The notes under the pieces are model-generated. The model ran no database searches, had not been told where the DNA came from, and saw only the letters and a program-made list of their open reading frames with translations. A program made the translations under genes and the position numbers. This document shows, piece after piece, positions 1-7,945 of a DNA stretch of 64,000 nt. This DNA comes from a bacterium HR11 (GTDB lineage: Bacteria > Acidobacteriota > HRBIN11). The DNA lies in NCBI GenBank assembly GCA_002898535.1, contig BEHN01000001.1, forward strand, positions 261,564 to 325,563, given 5' to 3'. The stretch's first letter is position 1. Each line of letters begins with the position of its first letter.

Positions 1-246
1 CCGACAACTGGCAAACTGCCCCGGCCCACAGGGAGCTGTTACACGAATGACGATCTGTTCCGAGGCCGAGGGCGGGGTCTGCGTCTGCGCCCGGGGCGGC
101 AATTTCGACAAATAGCCCATCTGGGCGATCAGGACCGTGACGACGATCATGAAGATGATCAGGAGCACCAGGCAGATATCGATAAAAGGAATCACGTTCG
201 GGTCCGACATCGGCCCGCCGCGGCGTCCTCCGACTTGAATGCCCAT
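1..246 (-). CDS. exbD: ExbD/TolR biopolymer transport protein (partial, runs off window start)
   Basis: Manual translation from ATG at 246: MGIQVGGRRGGPMSDPNVIPFIDICLVLLIIFM, the ExbD TM motif; GGAGG RBS upstream. Confidence 0.85.
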   Translation of the reverse strand, partial: MGIQVGGRRGGPMSDPNVIPFIDICLVLLIIFMIVVTVLIAQMGYLSKLPPRAQTQTPPSASEQIVIRVTAPCGPGQFASCR

Positions 247-267
247 GACCGACACCTCCCCGGCAGA

Positions 268-714
268 TTAAGAGCGACGGCTCTTGTCGACGATCAGGCC
301 CACGTTGGCAAACCCCGACGCCTGCACATATTTCATGAGGTTCCGCACGTCGCCATACTTGACGCGGCGGTCGGCCTTAATCAGGACCTGGCGACCCGGA
401 TTGCGAGCGTTCAGTTCCTTCATCTTCGCCTCAAACTTGGACATGTCCCCGTAGAGGTTGGTCGCATACCGCGTATCGCCGATGTACACGCTGAGGTCAT
501 GGCGCAAGGAGACCGTCAACTGCTTTTCTTCCCGCTTGATCTCCTCGGGATTATTGGTCATCGGCAGTTGCACGGCGGCCCCGACCTGGAGCATGGGCGT
601 GATGACCATGAAGATGATCAGTAAGACTAACGTCACGTCGATCAGGGGGATCACGTTGGGGTCGGAAGTGACTTCCGGCGGCTCCGACTGCCAACGCTTA
701 AACACGCTTGGCAT
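268..714 (-). CDS. exbD: ExbD/TolR biopolymer transport protein
   Basis: PNVIPLIDVTLVLLIIFMV TM motif and C-terminal IKADRRVKYGDV motif. Confidence 0.9.
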   Translation of the reverse strand: MPSVFKRWQSEPPEVTSDPNVIPLIDVTLVLLIIFMVITPMLQVGAAVQLPMTNNPEEIKREEKQLTVSLRHDLSVYIGDTRYATNLYGDMSKFEAKMKELNARNPGRQVLIKADRRVKYGDVRNLMKYVQASGFANVGLIVDKSRRS

Positions 715-1450
715 ACAGGACCTCCTGGACGTCGACCAGGTAATCTAACAGGTCCGCCGCGATATTTCCCATCTCGTGTTGGATGCGTTCCACACGAACG
801 GTAAAGTAATTGTACAGCCACACGGCTGGAATGGCGACCAGCAGACCAAAAGCTGTCGTGACGAGGGCCTCGGCGATGCCGCCCGACACCTGCCCGATGG
901 CGGCCGCCCCGGCCGTCTTAATGGCCTGGAAGGCATTGATGATGCCGACGACCGTCCCGAAAAGACCGACGAAGGGTGCCGTCGCCCCCACGGTGGCCAG
1001 GGTCCCCAAGCCGCGCTTGAACTCATGAATCTCTAAGATGCTGGCCCGCTCCATAGCGTGCTGAGTCCGCTCCAAGATCTTGTGGGGCTGGAGAGCCTCT
1101 TCCAGCCCGGCCGGCTTGGCCCCGTGCGGATTGGCCGGCGAAGAAGTCTGAGCCGCCGTTTCCATGATGCGTAAGAACTCTTGAAGGCCGTGGTTGACGA
1201 TCTTGGCCACATGGCTGTGACGGAACTGTTTTTGACGCGTCAACTCCAGGGCCTGTTGGAGGTCCCGCTTGTCCAACTCCTGGGTCAAGGCTTCCACGAA
1301 CCGGAGCGACTGCTTACGAGCCCGTCGGAACAAGATGAACTTCTCGGCGGCGACGACCAGACTCCATATAGACATCCCTAACATCACGAACACGACGAGC
1401 CGGACGACCCAGCCCATGGCGTGCCAGATTTCGATCAGGGAAACCTGCAT
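698..1450 (-). CDS. exbB: MotA/TolQ/ExbB proton channel protein
   Basis: LATVGATAPFVGLFGTVVGI and GIAEALVTTAFGLLVAIPA signatures. Confidence 0.92.
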   Translation of the reverse strand: MQVSLIEIWHAMGWVVRLVVFVMLGMSIWSLVVAAEKFILFRRARKQSLRFVEALTQELDKRDLQQALELTRQKQFRHSHVAKIVNHGLQEFLRIMETAAQTSSPANPHGAKPAGLEEALQPHKILERTQHAMERASILEIHEFKRGLGTLATVGATAPFVGLFGTVVGIINAFQAIKTAGAAAIGQVSGGIAEALVTTAFGLLVAIPAVWLYNYFTVRVERIQHEMGNIAADLLDYLVDVQEVLYAKRV

Positions 1451-1525
1451 GGAGTAACCTCCTTTCGGTAAGGTTTACCAGAATCCAAAAGTTTTCCCGC
1501 CTCCGCGGGTCCCACCCCGGGGAGG

Positions 1526-2272
1526 TCATCCCCCCTGAAGGGTGTATCGAACCGACAAGACATAGTACGAATCGACCGGCCGCCCGTTAATCTTGCCCGG
1601 GTCAAAACGGTATGACCGGAGGCAGTCGACGGCGGCCTGGTCTAAAAGCTCGTTGAGCGACCGAAGGATGCGGACGGAACCGACCGTCCCATTCTTCAGG
1701 ATGATGGCTTCTAAGACGACGAGCCCCTCGATCCGGAGACGCCGGGCCGCCTCCGGGTATGTGCACTGGATCGGGGACAGGGGCTTGGGCGGCGTCCCAC
1801 CGACCGTCTCGATCCGAACGGGGCCGCCGCCGGGGATACCGCCCGGCACGCCGCCGGGGATACCGCCCGGCACGCCGCCTTCTACGCCGCCTTCTACGCC
1901 CCAATCGATGCCGCCCTCGACCCCCTGGACGACTTCCGTCTCGCTCACCGTTTCCGCCGGCAGGATCTCAGGGGTATACTCCGGGATGGCGATCGGGGCG
2001 ACCTCGGCCTGGGGTTGCGGTGGAGGCTTCGGTTGCTGAGCTTGCTGTTGTTGCGGCTGACGGGCCGGCCGAGCCGCCGGGGGTGGCGGCGGGGGCGCCG
2101 CAAAGAGGGTGACCTGAAGCGGAGGCTCCTCGATATAAGTCACCGACCAGACGGACGAAATGATGAGAACTCCCAAGCCGATGGCATGGATCGCGATAAC
2201 GATAGGAAGGAAAATGATACGGCGCCGATTCAGCCGCGTACGGCGGCTTTCAACCAGGTCTTCTAATAGCAT
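1526..2272 (-). CDS. tonB: Energy transducer TonB
   Basis: N-terminal TM helix, Pro/Gln linker, GGVxGG repeats, YPEAARRLRIEGLVVLEAII TonB_C domain. Confidence 0.9.
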   Translation of the reverse strand: MLLEDLVESRRTRLNRRRIIFLPIVIAIHAIGLGVLIISSVWSVTYIEEPPLQVTLFAAPPPPPPAARPARQPQQQQAQQPKPPPQPQAEVAPIAIPEYTPEILPAETVSETEVVQGVEGGIDWGVEGGVEGGVPGGIPGGVPGGIPGGGPVRIETVGGTPPKPLSPIQCTYPEAARRLRIEGLVVLEAIILKNGTVGSVRILRSLNELLDQAAVDCLRSYRFDPGKINGRPVDSYYVLSVRYTLQGG

Positions 2273-2307
2273 CCTTGGCCCCCGTCGTGCGATGTTCCCG
2301 GGCCCCT

Positions 2308-3219
2308 TTATTGGGAAGAAGACGCGGTCGGGGCCTCTGCCTTTCGCTTCTTACGGACCTCGACTAACTGCTGGGCCTTGTCCCGGTACTGATCGGCCAG
2401 TTGCAAGTCCTCCTGTTGTTTCGCCGGGTCGCTGGCATCGACCCACTTGGCCTTTTCTCGGTACAACAGGTTCAAGTAAGCGTATGCCTCTGCATACTCT
2501 GGATCAATCTGAACAGCCTTTTGAAGAGCTTCGATCCCACGTCTAATATACTCTCCCCGGACCTCGTTGGAAAGGGTCGGGTCTAGGCATCGGGCCGGAG
2601 CGCAGTATACCTTCTGCCAAGCCAGGGACCCGATGATATACCAGGGTTCCGCCGTGTCCCGTTGGACGGTCCCCCACTTCTCGTACCAATCAAAGGCCGC
2701 ATCGTACTGATTGGCCTTTACATACAGAGAGGCCACGTTTTTCAGGAGATCGGGGTCGTTGGGATTCGACTGCAGTTGCTGTTGAAGCAAGTCGATGGCG
2801 TCCGTGTACCGGTTGGCGTTCAGATACAGGGTCATCAGGTCTTCCTGGATGCGACGGTTGTCCGGTTGAAGGGCCAGGATCTCCTTAAAGAGCTGAGCGG
2901 CCTTATCGACCAGGGCCTGGTTTTCCGGCGAAGGGTCCAGGGGCTTATACCAGGCCATGTAGCAGTAAGCCAGGGAGCGCTTCAGGTTCAGATTGTCGGG
3001 CATGAGCTGTAGGGCCTGCTCATACCGGGGGCACGCATCGGCATAGTCCTCTTTCTGGTAAAACTCCTTAGCTTCCCGAATGAGTTGTCGGGCCTTCAGC
3101 TCGTTCCAGAACCGTCGGCATCCGATGCTCCCGACCAGCCCGACGGCCGTCAGGGCCACAAGAATCCCTGAAGGAGTACGGTAGAAACGGCGCGACTGCA
3201 ACGCTGACCTCCCCATCAT
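2308..3219 (-). CDS. TPR-repeat protein, probable lipoprotein
   Basis: Hydrophobic stretch ending GSIG-C; TPR-like helices; first gene of the tonB operon. Confidence 0.8.
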   Translation of the reverse strand: MMGRSALQSRRFYRTPSGILVALTAVGLVGSIGCRRFWNELKARQLIREAKEFYQKEDYADACPRYEQALQLMPDNLNLKRSLAYCYMAWYKPLDPSPENQALVDKAAQLFKEILALQPDNRRIQEDLMTLYLNANRYTDAIDLLQQQLQSNPNDPDLLKNVASLYVKANQYDAAFDWYEKWGTVQRDTAEPWYIIGSLAWQKVYCAPARCLDPTLSNEVRGEYIRRGIEALQKAVQIDPEYAEAYAYLNLLYREKAKWVDASDPAKQQEDLQLADQYRDKAQQLVEVRKKRKAEAPTASSSQ

Positions 3220-3485
3220 CGTCGTCAGGCATATCGATTATAAAGCCCCCCACGTCCGTACCGTCACCCCCTCGCCTCTCTCCCTGGGGGAAAACCGCCG
3301 CGGGGAGACCCATCGATAGAGGTCGGTAGACTCCGCTTTTTTCAACGACGTCGGGACCCGCCGCGTTCGCGGCCTTTTAAGTGGGACGACGAACACCTGC
3401 TCACTCCGACCTCGTCAGCCTCCGAACTCCCGTCCATAGGCCCCGCCGCGTGCCCCTCCCCACCCAGATGGATCAAACGGACCTT

Positions 3486-3514
3486 ATGTTAAACCCCTTT
3501 ATGGAGTGTGTCAA
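3486..3514 (-). promoter_or_regulatory. Sigma70-type promoter for TPR-tonB-exbB-exbD-exbD
   Basis: Minus strand TTGACA-N17-TAACAT. Confidence 0.6.
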
Positions 3515-3781
3515 CCAAAAGTAACGAAGTGACGGGGTGACGATCCAGGGGATGGATGGTTCATAGCCGCTATGAGCCAATAAGGCTGAATCCATGCGGG
3601 TTTTCACGAACCGAACGGCCTTGTCATGCGGATGGGGCCGTGGGCTCATAGGTCATGACCATGAGCCATCAGCTACCAGCCATGAGCCGATATGGGTCTT
3701 GGGTTCCCTTCTCTTGCATCCTGCATCTTGCATCCTGTATCCTGCACCCTGAGGCTTCACGCCGAGAGCCCCGGGGGACCC

Positions 3782-4231
3782 ATGGACCTGGACGAAGTCA
3801 TCCGCCACATCCTGCAGACTTATCGGCACATCGCCGTCGTCGGCATGTCCCGAGACCCCAGCAAAGCGGCCTATGGCGTACCGGCCTTTCTGATGCGGCA
3901 GGGCTATGTGATTTATCCCGTGAATCCCCACGCCGGCGAGATCCTGGGTCGCCGGGCCTACGCCCGCATCCTGGACATCGCCGACCCCGTCGAGGTCGTC
4001 CAGATATTTCGTCCGTCGGACCAGGTGTTACCCTTTGTCGAGGAGGCCGTCCAGCGGTCCCAGACTCGGGGAGACGTGCGGGCCGTCTGGCTTCAGGAGG
4101 GGATTCGAAATGAAGCCGCCCGGGCCCTGGCCGAGGCGGCGGGCCTCCTGTTCGTGCAGGACCGCTGTATGCTCCAGGAGTGGCTTCGGCTCAGGCCGCC
4201 TAATTCCAGCCGCTATGGAGGCGTATCATGA
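3782..4231 (+). CDS. CoA-binding protein (YccU-like)
   Basis: IAVVGMSRDPSK, YPVNP, VWLQEGI, VQDRCM motifs; start taken at MDLDEVI. Confidence 0.85.
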   Translation: MDLDEVIRHILQTYRHIAVVGMSRDPSKAAYGVPAFLMRQGYVIYPVNPHAGEILGRRAYARILDIADPVEVVQIFRPSDQVLPFVEEAVQRSQTRGDVRAVWLQEGIRNEAARALAEAAGLLFVQDRCMLQEWLRLRPPNSSRYGGVS

Positions 4232-5337
4232 ACGTCTTCTCCATCATGCAAGCCGAACGCTTCGAGCAGATCGTCTTCTGCCATCATCCCGACATCGGCC
4301 TCCGGGCCATCATCGTCATCCACGACACGACCCTGGGACCGGCCCTGGGCGGGACGCGAATGTGGCCGTATGCCTCGGAGGAAGAGGCCCTGACGGATGC
4401 CCTCCGCCTGGCCCGGGGCATGACCTACAAGGCCGCCGCGGCGGGCCTCAACGCCGGGGGCGGCAAGGCCGTCATCATCGGGGACCCCAAGAAGGACAAG
4501 TCCGAGGCCCTCTTCCGGGCCTTCGGCCGCTTTGTCGAAAGCCTGAAGGGCCGGTTCATCACGGGCGAAGACGTCGGGATCGACGTCAACGACGTGGAAT
4601 ACATGGCCATGGAGACCCGTTACGTGGTCGGCCTGTCCCGGGAGCACGGCGGGGGCGGCGACCCCTCGCCCGTGACGGCCTACGGGGTCATGCAGGGCAT
4701 CCGGGCGTGTCTGCTGGAGCGCTTTGGGAGCCAGGACCTCCAGGGCCGCCGCGTCGTGATCCAGGGCCTCGGCAAGGTCGGCTTCCACCTGGCCCGGCTC
4801 CTGAGCCGGCACGGGGCGACGGTCATCGGGGCCGACATCGACCCCGACCGGGTCGCCTTCGCCCGGCGGCACGTCCCGAAGCTTCAGGTCGTCGAGCCGG
4901 AAGCCGTCTATGACGTGGAGGCCGACGTCTTTGCCCCCTGCGCCCTGGGGGGCGTCCTGAACGACGCGACGATTCCCCGCCTGCGGGCACCCATCGTGGC
5001 CGGCGCCGCCAACAATCAGTTGGCCGAGGACCGCCACGGTGAGCTCCTCCACCGGCGGGGCATCCTGTATGCTCCGGACTACGTCATCAACGCCGGCGGC
5101 CTCATCAACGTCTACGTCGAGATCGAGGGCTACGACCGGCGGCGGGCCATCACCTTAACGCGGGGGATCTTCTACAATCTGCGACGGGTCTTCGAGATCA
5201 GCCGTCGGGAGAATATCCCGACTTATATCGCCGCCGACCGGATGGCCGAGGAGCGGATCGCCGCCATCCGGCGGGTCCGGAACCTCCACGTCGAACAGCC
5301 GTACCTGGCCAGGTATCCCCGCTATGCGCGGCAATGA
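4228..5337 (+). CDS. Leucine/valine dehydrogenase (Glu/Leu/Phe/Val DH family)
   Basis: IHDTTLGPALGGTRM, GGGKAVI, GDPSPVTAYGV, GLGKVG, AGAANNQL. Confidence 0.92.
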   Translation: MNVFSIMQAERFEQIVFCHHPDIGLRAIIVIHDTTLGPALGGTRMWPYASEEEALTDALRLARGMTYKAAAAGLNAGGGKAVIIGDPKKDKSEALFRAFGRFVESLKGRFITGEDVGIDVNDVEYMAMETRYVVGLSREHGGGGDPSPVTAYGVMQGIRACLLERFGSQDLQGRRVVIQGLGKVGFHLARLLSRHGATVIGADIDPDRVAFARRHVPKLQVVEPEAVYDVEADVFAPCALGGVLNDATIPRLRAPIVAGAANNQLAEDRHGELLHRRGILYAPDYVINAGGLINVYVEIEGYDRRRAITLTRGIFYNLRRVFEISRRENIPTYIAADRMAEERIAAIRRVRNLHVEQPYLARYPRYARQ

Positions 5338-5363
5338 GGCCGTGAGGCGATAAGGCAGTTATT

Positions 5364-5629
5364 CTAACAGAGCCGTTCGGTTGGTGAAAATCCGCGTGGA
5401 TTCGGCCTTTTCGACCCTTCGGGAAGGACGGTTTTCAAGCTTTGGCAGATAGGCAGTTCGGCAGGTGGGCAGATGGTCCCAAAAGCCCTGGGGCTGATCC
5501 TTGCCCACCCGGCTTCTATCTGCCTATCTGCCGACCTGCCCATCTGCCGGATGCTTGAAAAATCGTGCTTCCCGGGGGATGGGAAAGATTGTTCCGACGC
5601 CATTCTCACGAACCGAACGGCTCTGCTAA
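5364..5629. mobile_element. MITE-like element, shell type X, with 8-mer GGCAGRTR palindromic cargo
   Basis: Perfect 15-bp TIR CAGAGCCGTTCGGTT (5368-5382) / AACCGAACGGCTCTG (5611-5625), CTAA on both sides; near-identical to 57473-57738. Confidence 0.75.
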
Positions 5630-5711
5630 GCTGGCTCCGATCAACCTATCGCCCGGCCTGCTAATCGCCTTACCGCCTTACTGCCTTATTGCCTTGTTCA
5701 TTTGACGGCTC

Positions 5712-7823
5712 ATGTCTTTCCAACGATTGATCGAAGACCTGGACGAGTCCCAACGGCAAGCCGTCACGACCCCGTCCCCGCAGGTCCTGGTCCTGGCCAG
5801 CGCCGGGGCCGGCAAGACCCGCGTCCTGACCCATCGGCTGGCCTGGCTCGTCGGCCATCATCCCCGGGCGGCCTTCCTGGCCGTGACCTTCACGAACAAG
5901 GCGGCCGACGAGATGCGTCAGCGGGTCGAGGCCCTCCTGGGGGACGCCCGCTCGGCGTGGAAGGCCGAGCACACCTGGATCTCGACCTTTCACCGCTTTT
6001 GCGCCCGCATCTTGCGGAAGTACGGCTATCGGATCGGCATCCCGTCCGACTTCATCATCGCCGACGAGTACCAGCAACGGCGGGTCTTCGAGGACTGCCT
6101 CCGGGCCCAGGGCCTCGACCCGAAGGCCCACGCCGGGGCCTTCCGGTCCTTCCAGCGGCTTCGGTCCGAGTTTGCCGATCCGCCGCCCCATCTGGACGAA
6201 CCGTGGCCGACCCTGTGGAAAGACTACCTTCGGCGCCTCCGGAGCCTGCGGGCCCTGGACTTCGACGACCTCCAGTACGAGACGATCCGTCTCCTGGAAA
6301 CGGATGCGGCCCTTCGGACTTATCTGGCCGAGTACTTTCACACGGTCCTGATCGACGAGTTCCAGGACACGAACCCGCCCCAGTACCGGCTCCTGCGGCT
6401 CCTGCGGGAGGCCGACGCCCCGTTCTTCGTCGTCGGCGACCAGGACCAGTCGATTTACGGCTTTCGGGGGGCCCGACCGGACCACTTTCACGACCTCCTT
6501 CGGGACTATCCGAGGACGGAGGTCATCCCCTTGCGGTACAACTACCGGTCCCGGGCCGTCATCGTCCGGGCCGCCATGGAGGTGATCGCCCGAGACGAGC
6601 GGCGTCTGCCTCACGAGGTCCAGGCCCTCCAGCAGGGCGGTCGTGTCCTGATTTATGGAGCCGTGGACGACCGAGACGAAGCCCGGTGGGTCCGCCAGCA
6701 GGTCGAGCGCATCCGGGACGCCTCGCCGGACGCCCAGGTCGCCGTCCTCGTCCGGGCCCGAAGCCAACTGCCGGCCCTCGAGCAGGCCTTCCAGGGCGCC
6801 CGCTTCCCCTACGTCGTCATCGGCCTCCGGAGCTGGTGGGACAGTCCGCCGATCCGGGCCGTCCTCGACTATGCGGCCTTCTGTGCCCATCCCGAAGTCG
6901 ACTTCTACCTGGAGGCCGTCTGCAACGTGCCGTCCCGGGGGATCGGCCCCCGGGCCCTTCAGAAGCTCCGGGAGCGGGCCGGGGACCGGCCGCTGTGGAC
7001 GTACCTGACGGAAGCCGTTCAGGCCGGGGAGGACACGCTTCCGACGGTATGGCAACGGTTTTATCGGGAGATGTCCGAGTGGATCGCCCTCCGGCCGGAG
7101 GTCCCGCCCGTCGAGTGGGTCCGCCGCCTGACGGAGTTCCTGCAAGAGCGGGGCTTTGGCGATGCCCGCCAGCGAGCGTCTTACGCCGATCGATGGAAGG
7201 AGCTCCTCCAGCTCCTCCGGGACGTGAAGACGTGGCCCGAGTTCATCGAACAGTTGAGCCTCCGGGCGCCAGACGACCGGCGCCTCGACGCCTCCGAACA
7301 GCGCGCCGTCCTCATCATGACGGTCCACGCCGCCAAGGGCCTCGAGTTCGACTACGTGTTCATCCCGGGCGTCGAGGACGGCCTGTTCCCTCACTTCCTG
7401 GCCGAGACGCCGGAAGAGGCCCGGGAGGAGCGGCGAATATTTTTCGTGGCCGTCACGCGCGCCCGTCAGGAGGTCTTCATCTCGTGGTCGGCCGAGCGGT
7501 ACAACCACCGACGGTCGCCGTCGCCGTTCCTCGGGGACATGCCTCTGGCGGAGCTTCGGGTCGAGGGTCTCCCGCTCCGGCGGTGGTTCCCGGAGGCTTG
7601 GCGGGCGGCCGTCGCCGCCAGCGCTCCTGCGGCGGCCGGCCCCGAAGAGCCGCTCCAGCCCGGCGACCTCGTCGAGCATGCCGCCTACGGTCGGGGGATC
7701 GTCCGGTCCGTTCACGGGGAAGGCGACCGCATGAAGGTCCGCATCTGGTTCTTCACAGGCGAGACCCGAGAGTTCCTCTTACGGCAGGCACCGATCCGTG
7801 CCCTCCGGGGCCGGCATAAATGA
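5712..7823 (+). CDS. pcrA: UvrD/PcrA-family SF1 DNA helicase
   Basis: ASAGAGKT, TFTNKAA, IDEFQDTN, VGDQDQSIYGFRGA, MTVHAAKGLEF, EERRIFFVAVTRA; C-terminal Tudor-like domain. Confidence 0.9.
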   Translation: MSFQRLIEDLDESQRQAVTTPSPQVLVLASAGAGKTRVLTHRLAWLVGHHPRAAFLAVTFTNKAADEMRQRVEALLGDARSAWKAEHTWISTFHRFCARILRKYGYRIGIPSDFIIADEYQQRRVFEDCLRAQGLDPKAHAGAFRSFQRLRSEFADPPPHLDEPWPTLWKDYLRRLRSLRALDFDDLQYETIRLLETDAALRTYLAEYFHTVLIDEFQDTNPPQYRLLRLLREADAPFFVVGDQDQSIYGFRGARPDHFHDLLRDYPRTEVIPLRYNYRSRAVIVRAAMEVIARDERRLPHEVQALQQGGRVLIYGAVDDRDEARWVRQQVERIRDASPDAQVAVLVRARSQLPALEQAFQGARFPYVVIGLRSWWDSPPIRAVLDYAAFCAHPEVDFYLEAVCNVPSRGIGPRALQKLRERAGDRPLWTYLTEAVQAGEDTLPTVWQRFYREMSEWIALRPEVPPVEWVRRLTEFLQERGFGDARQRASYADRWKELLQLLRDVKTWPEFIEQLSLRAPDDRRLDASEQRAVLIMTVHAAKGLEFDYVFIPGVEDGLFPHFLAETPEEAREERRIFFVAVTRARQEVFISWSAERYNHRRSPSPFLGDMPLAELRVEGLPLRRWFPEAWRAAVAASAPAAAGPEEPLQPGDLVEHAAYGRGIVRSVHGEGDRMKVRIWFFTGETREFLLRQAPIRALRGRHK

Positions 7824-7928
7824 CCACGAACTATAGACCATGGACCACAGACCTAAGGGTGGTCTGGTTTCTTCGTGCCAGGACGGGGAACGGAGTGAAT
7901 GGGGTCTGAGGTCTGTAGTCTATGGTCC
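7822..7928. repeat. Heptamer (GACCAYR-type) tandem-repeat palindrome between convergent genes
   Basis: GACCACG/AACTATA/GACCATG/GACCACA run followed by the inverted GGTCTGAGGTCTGTAGTCTATGGTC. Confidence 0.7.
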
Positions 7929-7945
7929 CTTTTAGCCTGGGACCT

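Noticed and set aside
1820..1925. 12/24-nt tandem repeats
   Set aside because: They encode the GGVxGG linker of TonB; coding repeat, not CRISPR or a mobile element
5670..7715. Long antisense and alternate-frame ORFs (this and many others in the track)
   Set aside because: Shadow ORFs expected in high-GC coding DNA; no motifs, and they overlap confident genes
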